NCBI GenBank assembly: GCA_964640345.1
Contig: CAZXFU010000007.1
Span: 1 to 30,406, forward strand
From: an uncultured Eubacteriales bacterium
Lineage (GTDB): Bacteria > Bacillota > Clostridia > TANB77 > RGIG9151
Length of the DNA: 30,406 nucleotides
Reading direction: 5' to 3'
Below the pieces are notes generated by a model. That model was not told where the DNA came from, searched no databases, and was given only the letters and a program-made list of their open reading frames with translations. Both the position numbers and the translations under genes were made by a program. Shown piece by piece: positions 17,055 to 25,736 of this stretch; position 1 is the first letter of the stretch; each line of letters begins with the position of its first letter.

Positions 17055-19482
17055 AATTTTCTCCCTCAATCTTAACTTTTTCCCCATCCAAAACCAGCCT
17101 AACAGTCTTACCCGGCTTTATCTTCTCATCTAAAAACGCTTCAGCAATAAAGTCCTCAATCTCATTTTGAATAGCACGCCTTAAAGGTCTTGCACCATAA
17201 GTAACATCAAACCCTTTTTTAACAATAAAATCCTTAACATCGTCACTAACATCAATATAAATCTCCTTGGTCTCAAGCCTTTTGCTTAAATTACCAATCA
17301 TTATATCAACAATTTCCTTAACATTATCCTTAGTTAACTGGTGGAAAACAATAATATCATCAACACGATTTAAAAACTCAGGTCTAAAAGTTCTCTTTAG
17401 TTCCTCCATCACATTCTTTTTAATATCCTTGTATCCGGTAACCTCATCCTCTCCCTTGGAAAAACCAAGTTTTTTGTCATCTGAAATGGCCCTTGCACCG
17501 ACATTTGAAGTCATAATAATAATCGTATTATTAAAGTTAGTAACACGTCCTTGCGAATCCGTAAGTCTGCCGTCCTCTAAAATCTGTAATAAAATATTAA
17601 AAACATCCTCATGAGCCTTCTCTATCTCATCAAACAAAATAACAGAATACGGCTTTCTCCTAACCTTATCGGTAAGTTGACCGCCCTCTTCATACCCAAC
17701 ATATCCCGGCGGCGAACCAACAAGCTTTGAAACCGAATGTTTTTCCATATATTCGGACATATCAATCCTAATCATTGAATTTTCATTTCCAAACAGCACT
17801 TCAGCCAAAGCCTTGCAAAGTTCAGTTTTTCCAACCCCGGTAGGTCCTAAAAATAAAAACGAACCAATCGGTCTTTTGGGATCTTGAATGCCGATCCTGC
17901 TTCTCTTAATAGCCTTAGAAATCAACGAAATAGCCTCATCTTGCCCAATAACACGCTTCCTTAAAGAGCTCTCCATATTCTTTAACTTCTCTGTTTCCTC
18001 TTCAGCAAGCCTTGTTACAGGAATCCCGGTCCACTTTGCAACAATCTCGGCAATTTGCTCCTCGTCAACAGTACTATCTTGAAGCTCGCTCTTTTTCTGC
18101 CAATCCTTCTTAGCCTTCTCTAACTTTGTACGTTGCTTTAACTCCTTATCCCGAATCTCGGCAGCAGTCTCAAAATCCTGACTAATAATTGCAGAATTTT
18201 TTTCCTCTGCAAGCTTCTTTACCTTTTCTTCCAAAAGCTTAATATTCTCAGGCTCGGTAAAACTAAGTAATCTTAATTTTGAAGCAGCCTCATCCATCAA
18301 ATCTATAGCTTTATCCGGTAAAGCTCTAGCATTTATATACCTCTTTGAAAGTCTTACAGCCATTTTTATCGCATCATCTGTAATTTTTACACCATGATGA
18401 GCTTCATACCTGTCTCTTAACCCAAACAGTATATTAATCGCATCTTCCTCATTTGGTTCTTCAATAACAATCGGCTGGAATCTTCTCTCCAAAGCCGAAT
18501 CCTTTTCAATATGTTTCTTATATTCATCTAAAGTAGTAGCACCAATTAATTGTATTTCGCCCCTTGCAAGAAGCGGTTTTAAAATATTTGCAGCATCAAT
18601 TGCACCCTCAGCCGCTCCTGCACCAACTATAGTATGCAGCTCATCAATAAACAAAATAACGTTTCCGACTTTAGCGACCTCATTTAAAGCCTTTTTAAGC
18701 CTTTCTTCAAACTCGCCTCTATACTTCGCACCTGCAACAACAGAAGACAAATCAAGCGTAACAACACGTCTATCCTTTAAAATTTCAGGCACGTCTCCCG
18801 AAACAATTTTATGTGCAAGTCCTTCAGCAACAGCCGTCTTCCCAACTCCCGGCTCACCAATAAGGCAAGGATTGTTTTTCGTCCTTCTGCTTAAAATCTG
18901 AATAACTCTGTCAATCTCTTCAGTACGCCCGATAACAGGATCAATCTTCCCTTGCTCTGCAAGTTCCGTAAGATCTCTTCCAAACTGATTTAACGTAGGT
19001 GTAAGATTACTTCCTGTATTTCTCTTTGTGACCTTAAACGACTCATTGCTTCCGTCTTCTAAAACCCTTTTTAATACCTCGTTGTATAACTTCTGCATAT
19101 CCACACCAAGTTCAACTAAAACCCTAACTCCTATACAATCAGGCTCTCTCATAATAGCAAGTAAAATATGTTCAGTACCGATATACTCTTGATTATGTCC
19201 TCTAGCCTCATGAAAAGCCAACTCTAAAACTCGTTTTGCCCGAGGCGTAAAACCTAACATATTATTATCTTCAATTCCTCTTCCAATAAGCTCCTCTATT
19301 TTATCCATAATAGATTCCTTAGAAACACCTTGTAAAAACAAGACCTTATATGCAACACCTGTATCTTCCATCATAAAGCCCACTAAAAAATGCTCAGTTC
19401 CAACATAATTATGACCTAACTCTTTTGCCGCATTCTTAGAAAGCTTTATAACTCTTTCTGCCTTTTCTGTAAATTTATACAT
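17053..19482 (-). CDS. clpC: ATP-dependent Clp protease ATP-binding subunit ClpC
   Basis: Contains double Clp_N repeats, Walker A motifs GEPGVGKT and GPTGVGKT, and a UVR-like middle domain. Length is 809 aa. Confidence 0.9.
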   Translation of the reverse strand: MYKFTEKAERVIKLSKNAAKELGHNYVGTEHFLVGFMMEDTGVAYKVLFLQGVSKESIMDKIEELIGRGIEDNNMLGFTPRAKRVLELAFHEARGHNQEYIGTEHILLAIMREPDCIGVRVLVELGVDMQKLYNEVLKRVLEDGSNESFKVTKRNTGSNLTPTLNQFGRDLTELAEQGKIDPVIGRTEEIDRVIQILSRRTKNNPCLIGEPGVGKTAVAEGLAHKIVSGDVPEILKDRRVVTLDLSSVVAGAKYRGEFEERLKKALNEVAKVGNVILFIDELHTIVGAGAAEGAIDAANILKPLLARGEIQLIGATTLDEYKKHIEKDSALERRFQPIVIEEPNEEDAINILFGLRDRYEAHHGVKITDDAIKMAVRLSKRYINARALPDKAIDLMDEAASKLRLLSFTEPENIKLLEEKVKKLAEEKNSAIISQDFETAAEIRDKELKQRTKLEKAKKDWQKKSELQDSTVDEEQIAEIVAKWTGIPVTRLAEEETEKLKNMESSLRKRVIGQDEAISLISKAIKRSRIGIQDPKRPIGSFLFLGPTGVGKTELCKALAEVLFGNENSMIRIDMSEYMEKHSVSKLVGSPPGYVGYEEGGQLTDKVRRKPYSVILFDEIEKAHEDVFNILLQILEDGRLTDSQGRVTNFNNTIIIMTSNVGARAISDDKKLGFSKGEDEVTGYKDIKKNVMEELKRTFRPEFLNRVDDIIVFHQLTKDNVKEIVDIMIGNLSKRLETKEIYIDVSDDVKDFIVKKGFDVTYGARPLRRAIQNEIEDFIAEAFLDEKIKPGKTVRLVLDGEKVKIEGEN

Positions 19483-19534
19483 TAGCTAACATCACCTCCA
19501 TGACATATATTATTGCCAAAATTTACAGCTTATA

Positions 19535-20188
19535 TCATAAAGACGCTAAACTTTTTAATTCCGAAACAGCACGTTTTCTATCTGCCTCTCTGAAAACCGC
19601 ACTGCCGGTAACAACTATATCTGCTCCGCATTTTGCAACAATACCTATATTATCTTTAGTTATACCACCGTCAACCTGGATTTCAAAATGTAAATCGTTT
19701 TCATACCTTGTCTTTAGCAAATTTTCAATCTTTTTATTAACAGCCTCAATATACTTTTGACCTCCGAAACCCGGTTCAACCGCCATAACAAGTATCAAAT
19801 CAATATCCTTTAAAATACTCTTATCCGGCAAATCCGTCTCAGGCTTCACAGAAATACCAACCTTCTTATTTTCTGCCTTAATTAGCTTTATAGTCTCAAA
19901 CGGATCAGAAACAGTTTCAATATGAAAAGTAATTCCGTCCGCTCCCGAATCGCTAATCGCCTTAATATACTTATTAGGATTGCTTATCATAAGATGCACG
20001 TCAAAAAACAAATTTGAATATTTCCTAATCGCACTAATAATAGGCATCCCGAAAGTTATATTATCTACAAAATTTCCATCCATAACATCAATATGAATAC
20101 CATCAGCATCTGTAGTCTCTAAAAGTTTTATCTCATCTCCGAGTCTGGCAAAGTCTGCCGACAAAATTGACGGAAAAATCTTAATCAT
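19535..20188 (-). CDS. rpe: Ribulose-phosphate 3-epimerase
   Basis: Contains IFPSILSADFARLGDEI, HIDVMDG.FV.N, VEPGFGGQ and VDGGI. ATG at 20188 follows GGGAGG. Confidence 0.9.
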   Translation of the reverse strand: MIKIFPSILSADFARLGDEIKLLETTDADGIHIDVMDGNFVDNITFGMPIISAIRKYSNLFFDVHLMISNPNKYIKAISDSGADGITFHIETVSDPFETIKLIKAENKKVGISVKPETDLPDKSILKDIDLILVMAVEPGFGGQKYIEAVNKKIENLLKTRYENDLHFEIQVDGGITKDNIGIVAKCGADIVVTGSAVFREADRKRAVSELKSLASL

Positions 20189-20241
20189 TTTCTCAACCTC
20201 CCTTGCCTCCATTTTATAACTCTAAGAAATTAACGTCAATA

Positions 20242-21390
20242 CTACTCGCCTTTATATTCACTCAAAACAACTGTAACATTATATGTCTTACCATTTCTGT
20301 AAATACCTAAAACAATCTTGTCTCCCGGAGACTTCTTAGAAACAGCCTTTTTAATATCCTCCGCACTGTCGACATCGTTATCGTCAACAGAAACAATCTT
20401 ATCGCCAGACTTTATTCCAGCCTCCTCTGCATCAGAATTATCCTCAACACTTCTTACATAAACACCTAAACTATCCACTCTATACATCATTGCATCCCAA
20501 GCATTATCTATTTCAAGCAAATTAACACCAAGTTGAACTCTGCCCCTAATATATCCGTATGTCTTAATTTCAGAAATAGTATCCTTAATATCATTTATAG
20601 GAATTGCAAAACCAATTCCTTCAATATCTTCTCCTGCAGACTTTGCAACAACAATACCAACAAGCTCGCCTTTTCCGTTAAAAAGTCCTCCGCCTGAATT
20701 TCCCGGATTAACTGCCGCATTAGTCTGAAGCAAATTCATAACAGAATCGCCTAAATCAATTTCCCTATCCATAGCACTAATAATACCATTTGTAACCGTA
20801 GAACCGGATCCCAAAGGATTACCGACAACAACAGCCGTATCTCCAACAACAAGTTTACTCGAATCGCCTAAAACAACAGGTTGTAAATCCGTAGTATCAA
20901 CCTTTAGAACTGCAATATCTGAATCGCTGCTTTTACCAACAACAGTTGCCTCATAAATATCTCCATTTTTTAGTTTAACTAAAATCTTGCTTGCATCTTC
21001 AATAACATGGTTATTCGTAACAATATATCCATCAGAAGCAATAACAACGCCACTTCCGGCACCCTCATAAACATATTGCCCAAGTCTATTACCTCTAACA
21101 ACGCCCTCGGTAGTTATCTCAACAACCGAATTCTCAGTAAGTTTTGCAATATCCCGAATAGCTAGCTCCCCATTCTCAGAAGAACTTGCAACAGTTTTTA
21201 TAATATCCGAATAAGCACTGTTTTGAACATTTGCACTCTCCTCATTAGAATTTGACTTATTCATATTTCCAACGGCAAACCCAATCGTAAGAGCAAACAA
21301 AATAGCCATTACAAAAACAACTCCGCCGCTTTTAAGTACATTTTTCTTCTCTTTTTCATTAACAACAACAACATCTTCATCATTACCCAT
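20242..21390 (-). CDS. htrA: HtrA/DegP-family S1C serine protease with a C-terminal PDZ domain, membrane anchored
   Basis: Has an N-terminal TM helix, catalytic motifs TNNHVI, SDIAVLKV and NPGNSGGGLFN, and a PDZ segment (EEAGIKSGDKIVSVDD). Confidence 0.85.
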   Translation of the reverse strand: MGNDEDVVVVNEKEKKNVLKSGGVVFVMAILFALTIGFAVGNMNKSNSNEESANVQNSAYSDIIKTVASSSENGELAIRDIAKLTENSVVEITTEGVVRGNRLGQYVYEGAGSGVVIASDGYIVTNNHVIEDASKILVKLKNGDIYEATVVGKSSDSDIAVLKVDTTDLQPVVLGDSSKLVVGDTAVVVGNPLGSGSTVTNGIISAMDREIDLGDSVMNLLQTNAAVNPGNSGGGLFNGKGELVGIVVAKSAGEDIEGIGFAIPINDIKDTISEIKTYGYIRGRVQLGVNLLEIDNAWDAMMYRVDSLGVYVRSVEDNSDAEEAGIKSGDKIVSVDDNDVDSAEDIKKAVSKKSPGDKIVLGIYRNGKTYNVTVVLSEYKGE

Positions 21391-21485
21391 ATGTCATTCC
21401 TCCCCTTCTTCTATATTCTAACCTATATATGTGATAATATTGTGTATAAAACCAAAAAAAATATAAAATTTTTTACAAAAATCTA

Positions 21486-21515
21486 TTGATTTCTTTATAT
21501 AATGTATTGTATAAT
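21486..21515 (+). promoter_or_regulatory. Putative sigma-A promoter of tRNA-Arg
   Basis: TTGATT (21486-21491), 18 nt spacer, TATAAT (21510-21515), about 18 nt before the tRNA 5' end. Confidence 0.4.
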
Positions 21516-21533
21516 AATGAAGTTAGATGACAT

Positions 21534-21610
21534 GTGCCTGTAGCTCAGCAGGATAGAGCAACGGCCTTCTAAGCCGTTGGCCGGACGTTCGAATCGTCTC
21601 AGGCACACCA
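21534..21610 (+). tRNA. tRNA-Arg (anticodon TCT), CCA encoded
   Basis: Hand-folded cloverleaf. Acceptor stem gtgcctg/caggcac, D stem gctc/gagc, anticodon stem acggc/gccgt with loop cTTCTaa, T arm ggacg-ttcgaat-cgtct, discriminator a, then cca. Length 77 nt. Confidence 0.9.
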
Positions 21611-21645
21611 AAAAGCATTGGAGTTAACTTCAATGCTTTTTTTAT
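21611..21645 (+). terminator. Intrinsic terminator after tRNA-Arg
   Basis: aaaagcattg-10 nt loop-caatgctttt followed by further T residues. Confidence 0.7.
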
Positions 21646-21646
21646 T

Positions 21647-21707
21647 TAATAGGAAATTCCTCTAAAAAAGCGAGTAAAACGAGCAATAAAAAGGAATTTC
21701 TATTACA
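21647..21707. repeat. Inverted pair of the TAATAGGAAATTCCTC motif flanking a 29-nt spacer
   Basis: Nucleotides 21647-21662 (taataggaaattcctc) and 21692-21707 (aggaatttctattaca, opposite orientation, one base shorter). The first copy is the exact reverse complement of 8588-8603. Confidence 0.6.
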
Positions 21708-21746
21708 AAAAAGCTACATTAATATTTTGTCGCGAAGCGACATAGA

Positions 21747-21768
21747 GTGGACAAAGTCCACCTTTTTT
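21747..21768 (+). terminator. Short hairpin plus T-tract facing the rarA 3' end
   Basis: gtggac-aaa-gtccac followed by cttttttac. The T-tract overlaps the rarA stop codon. It may block plus-strand read-through into rarA and also act on rarA transcripts. Confidence 0.4.
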
Positions 21769-22990
21769 ACTTCTCAATATAATATTTTTTATCCTTAATC
21801 TTATCCGGCAAATACTGTTGTTCAACATACCCACCTTCATAATCATGAGCATACTTATAGCCCTCTCCGTACCCAAACTTCTTCATCTCAGGAACAGGTG
21901 CATTTCTAATATGCATAGGAATAGAGCCTGTATCAGTATTCATAACATCATCCAAAGCCATATTAATTCCCATATAGCTTGCATTAGACTTAGGTGCCTT
22001 AGCAACATAAACAGCCATTTCTGCTAAAATAATTCTAGCTTCCGGCATCCCAACCAAATTTACAGCCTGTGCTCCGGCACTTGCAACAACAAGAGCATTC
22101 GGATCTGCCATCCCAACATCTTCGGCAGCACAAATAACAATTCTTCTTGCCAAAAACATAGGATCTTCCCCACCTGCAATAGCACGAGCTAAATAAAATA
22201 AAGCACCATCCGGGCTAGAACCTCTCATAGACTTAATAAACGCACTAATATTATCATAATGTGAATCTCCGTTTTTATCAAACTCCGTAACACGTTGCTG
22301 TGTACATTCTTCAATAACCTTCTTATTTACATGTATAATGCCATCCGAGCCCATGTCTGTAGTAAGCACGGCCATTTCAAGAATATTTAACGCTTTCCTT
22401 AAATCTCCCTTAGAAAGCTCCGCAATATGTAAAATCGTTCCGTCCTCAAAATCTGTAAAATAATTCCCAAGTCCTCTCTCTTTATCGAAAATAGCATGAT
22501 TCAACGCCTTAACAACATCTTCCCTTTTAAGAGGCTCCAATTTAAAAACCGTAGACCTCGAAATAAGTGCCTTATTAACTTCAAAGTAAGGATTCTCAGT
22601 AGTCGCACCGATTAAAATAACAGTTCCATCCTCAACATACGGAAGAAGAGCATCTTGCTGACTTTTATTAAATCTATGAATCTCATCAACAAATAAAACA
22701 ACCTTTCCTGACGGATTCATAAGTAAATTCTTAGCTTCAGTAATAATTTCTTTTATATCGCCAACACCCGAATTAACAGCATTAAGCTTCTTAAAATTAT
22801 TTTTCGTCATCTTTGCAATAACCTTTGCAAGTGCAGTTTTTCCACATCCCGGAGGACCCCATAAAATTATTGACGTTAATCTATCAGCCTTAATCGCCCT
22901 TGTAAGCAACTTATCCTCGCCTAAAATATGTTCCTGTCCGTAAAACTCATCTAAACTCCTAGGACTCATTCTATATGCTAATGGCTCCAT
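21767..22990 (-). CDS. rarA: Replication-associated recombination protein A (AAA+ ATPase)
   Basis: Contains PLAYRMSPRSLDEFYGQEHILG, Walker A GPPGCGKT, FVDEIHRFNK and a MgsA C-terminal domain. ATG at 22990 lies 7 nt after AAGGAG. Confidence 0.9.
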   Translation of the reverse strand: MEPLAYRMSPRSLDEFYGQEHILGEDKLLTRAIKADRLTSIILWGPPGCGKTALAKVIAKMTKNNFKKLNAVNSGVGDIKEIITEAKNLLMNPSGKVVLFVDEIHRFNKSQQDALLPYVEDGTVILIGATTENPYFEVNKALISRSTVFKLEPLKREDVVKALNHAIFDKERGLGNYFTDFEDGTILHIAELSKGDLRKALNILEMAVLTTDMGSDGIIHVNKKVIEECTQQRVTEFDKNGDSHYDNISAFIKSMRGSSPDGALFYLARAIAGGEDPMFLARRIVICAAEDVGMADPNALVVASAGAQAVNLVGMPEARIILAEMAVYVAKAPKSNASYMGINMALDDVMNTDTGSIPMHIRNAPVPEMKKFGYGEGYKYAHDYEGGYVEQQYLPDKIKDKKYYIEK

Positions 22991-23004
22991 CTTCATTCTC
23001 CTTA

Positions 23005-23856
23005 TCACATCTTATTAAAACCTTCTCCAAGAGCTTCCCTAACATCCGTAATAATAATAAAAGCTCTCTTATCTATCTCTTTTGCAATCCGTTTAATAGC
23101 CGGTATTTGAATTCTGTCCACAACAGTAAGCAAAATCTTTTTATCATTTTTTAAATATAATCCCTCGCCATTTAATCCGGTAACGCCACGTCCGACTTCT
23201 TCCATTATTTTATGTCCGATTTCTTCTCCGTTATCCGAAATAATAAACATAGCCTTAGCAAAACCCGCTCCCTCAAAAACAATGTCAATTACCTTAGCAG
23301 ACAGCCAAATCGCAATAATAGCATAAAGTCCGATATCAAAATCTTTAAAAACAACCATAGCGAAAATAACAACCATTCCATCTATTACAAACAGTTGCTC
23401 ACTAATATTAAATGCCGGAAAATATTTATTAACGACCTTCGCCAAAATATCCGTTCCGCCGGTTGTAGCTCCGCCCTTAAAAACAAAAGCCATACCACAT
23501 CCCATAATCATACCGCCAAAAATAGAAGCAAGTAATAAATCATCCGTAACTTGAGGAAGCCATAACGTAGCATCAAGTAAAACAGACAATAAAACCGTAG
23601 CAATAAGCGTCTTAACACTAAATCTCTTTCCAAACGCCAAAAAGCCTGCAATAAATAAAGGAATATTTAACGCAAAAACAATCGTACCAACCGAAAGTCC
23701 GGACAGATAATGAATTACAGTAGCAAGTCCGCTAACCCCGCCGGGAGCAATTTTTAACCTTAAGAAAAATGAGTTGACAGAAATCGTAATAAGAACAACC
23801 CCCATCAACACATATATTCCGTTAATCACTAATCTTTTAATTTTGTTAAAATTCAT
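23005..23856 (-). CDS. YitT family membrane protein (with DUF2179 C-terminal domain)
   Basis: Has a polytopic N-terminus with APGGVSGLATVIHY and NIPLFIAGF, and a C-terminal soluble domain (GVTGLNGEGLY...LLTVV). Confidence 0.8.
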   Translation of the reverse strand: MNFNKIKRLVINGIYVLMGVVLITISVNSFFLRLKIAPGGVSGLATVIHYLSGLSVGTIVFALNIPLFIAGFLAFGKRFSVKTLIATVLLSVLLDATLWLPQVTDDLLLASIFGGMIMGCGMAFVFKGGATTGGTDILAKVVNKYFPAFNISEQLFVIDGMVVIFAMVVFKDFDIGLYAIIAIWLSAKVIDIVFEGAGFAKAMFIISDNGEEIGHKIMEEVGRGVTGLNGEGLYLKNDKKILLTVVDRIQIPAIKRIAKEIDKRAFIIITDVREALGEGFNKM

Positions 23857-23868
23857 ACTTCTCTCCTA

Positions 23869-24600
23869 TTATGATTTTTTAACATACATTCTTCTATACC
23901 TTTTTACACTCTTCATAAATCTTGGAATAGCAGCTAATCTCTTAAATCTCTTAAAATCAGTAAGAGCACGATATAACCATTCAAGCTTTAACTTTATAAA
24001 AACCTTGGGAGCTCTTTTTACGTTACCGGAAATAACGTCAAAACATCCTCCAACCCCAATTGCAATCTTACAATTTAATTTATTTCTGTACTTGTAAATA
24101 AATCTCTCTTGCTTGGGAGCACCTAAAGCAACCAGCAAAACATCCGGTTTATCAGCATTAATCTTTTCAAGAATCTGTTTTTCTTCTTCAAGTGAAAAAT
24201 ATCCGTCATTAGTCCCTACCACTCGTATCCCAACATATTCCCGCTCAATTTTTTCTTCTGCCGCCTTGGCAACTCCGGGTTTTGCACCTAAAAAAAAGAA
24301 GGATATATCCATATCTTGACCCAATTCAAAAATCTTATGTATAAAATCGTATCCGGCAACACGCTCAGATAACGGCTCTTTTATCTTTTTCGACGCCCAA
24401 ACTATCCCATTTCCGTCAGGAATATTCAAATCCGAAGAATTTAAAATCTTTTTAAACTCATCATCATTTTGTGCCAACATAACAATCTCAGGATTAGGTG
24501 TAAAAATCATATGTAACCTATCTTCTGTCAAAAAATCTTTTGCCTTGCTTACTGCTTGCTCCATTGTAACATTATCAATACGAACTCCCAGCAGGTCCAT
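23869..24600 (-). CDS. tagA: WecB/TagA/CpsF family glycosyltransferase (TagA-like ManNAc transferase)
   Basis: Contains LLGVRIDNVTMEQAV, IFTPNPEIV, PDGNGIVWASK, FFLGAKPGV and LVALGAPKQE, the family pattern. Confidence 0.85.
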   Translation of the reverse strand: MDLLGVRIDNVTMEQAVSKAKDFLTEDRLHMIFTPNPEIVMLAQNDDEFKKILNSSDLNIPDGNGIVWASKKIKEPLSERVAGYDFIHKIFELGQDMDISFFFLGAKPGVAKAAEEKIEREYVGIRVVGTNDGYFSLEEEKQILEKINADKPDVLLVALGAPKQERFIYKYRNKLNCKIAIGVGGCFDVISGNVKRAPKVFIKLKLEWLYRALTDFKRFKRLAAIPRFMKSVKRYRRMYVKKS

Positions 24601-24620
24601 TTATCTATCTCCCTTCAAAA

Positions 24621-25712
24621 TTAGCCTTCCATCTCACTCTCAAGTAAAATCTCATCTAAACTTCTAATCGTAAGCTTCTCAAACCCTTCAATAGTCGAAA
24701 GCATCTCCTCAATCGGAAAACTGTTTTTCATAATCCAACTTACAGCCGGCATTATCTGTTCCTTAGACAATTCAGCATAAGTACAAACAGGCGACATACC
24801 AAGCATATCCAAAAATCCGTCTATTTTGGGATCATAAGAAATACCAAGAAGCGGTACTCCCATCTTTGCCGAGAAAATAAGAGAATGAAGCCTTACACCA
24901 ATATTTAAAGTCATAGCCCCCATCATTCCCATAATCTCTGACGGTAAATAACTATCCGCAACAATATACGCACGATTAGTCATCCTAGAACAAATTTCAT
25001 TTATATACTTAACATCTTCATCTTTATGGAAGGCATAAAATACAACTTTAGAATTAAACCTATTTATACATTCGTCCGCAATCTTTGCAAAAACTCCGGC
25101 TTTATCCTCGCTTCCCCAACGCCTTGGAGCAATCCCTATAATCGGTCTCCCGTCATCATTTCGTATACCGGCTTTAGCAAGCAAAACGCCTACCTGATCA
25201 CGGTTAGGTGGTTTTAACATAAAAACCGCATCTGAGGACAAAGAAATATTTGGCTTAACAACACCTATTTCCCTTAACGTGTTGATAGAAATCTCATCTC
25301 TTATCCATAATTTTTTGCTCCTATTTAACGTAAACTTCGTTAAAATCTCATTTTGTTTCTTATTAATAGGGCCGATTCCCTGATAAGCAATATATATATG
25401 CTTACCCATCATACGGCATAAATTTATAAATCCGACATAATACCACAAACTATATGTACTTGTAACATCCTGAATTAGGCTTCCACCACCTAAAATCACG
25501 AAATCACAACTGCGAATTGCATTTCTCATCTCTTGAAGTCTCTGCCTGTTATACGCCTCAACTCCGTAAAGCTGAGAAGAAGTAACTCTATCCCCCGACA
25601 ACATCAAAACTTCATAGCCTCGTCTTTTTAACTCTTTAGTAAGTGCTTCTGCTATTGCTTCATCTCCGATATTATTTTCACCATAATATCCTGCTAATAA
25701 GACTTTCTTCAT
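24621..25712 (-). CDS. csaB: Polysaccharide pyruvyl transferase CsaB
   Basis: The N-terminus is LLAGYYGENNIGDEAI, with GGGSLIQDVTS. Length and context next to tagA are typical of CsaB. Confidence 0.8.
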   Translation of the reverse strand: MKKVLLAGYYGENNIGDEAIAEALTKELKRRGYEVLMLSGDRVTSSQLYGVEAYNRQRLQEMRNAIRSCDFVILGGGSLIQDVTSTYSLWYYVGFINLCRMMGKHIYIAYQGIGPINKKQNEILTKFTLNRSKKLWIRDEISINTLREIGVVKPNISLSSDAVFMLKPPNRDQVGVLLAKAGIRNDDGRPIIGIAPRRWGSEDKAGVFAKIADECINRFNSKVVFYAFHKDEDVKYINEICSRMTNRAYIVADSYLPSEIMGMMGAMTLNIGVRLHSLIFSAKMGVPLLGISYDPKIDGFLDMLGMSPVCTYAELSKEQIMPAVSWIMKNSFPIEEMLSTIEGFEKLTIRSLDEILLESEMEG

Positions 25713-25736
25713 TGAAAAACGGCCCTCCTTTGTATA

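Noticed and set aside
21534-21768. tRNA-Arg as an integration site for the T4SS-like element or another island
   Set aside because: I found no second copy of the tRNA 3' end (ttcgaatcgtctcaggcacacca) elsewhere in the window. The genes on both sides (htrA, rarA) are core genes, and the T4SS-like module starts 6.4 kb away behind a cell-wall operon.
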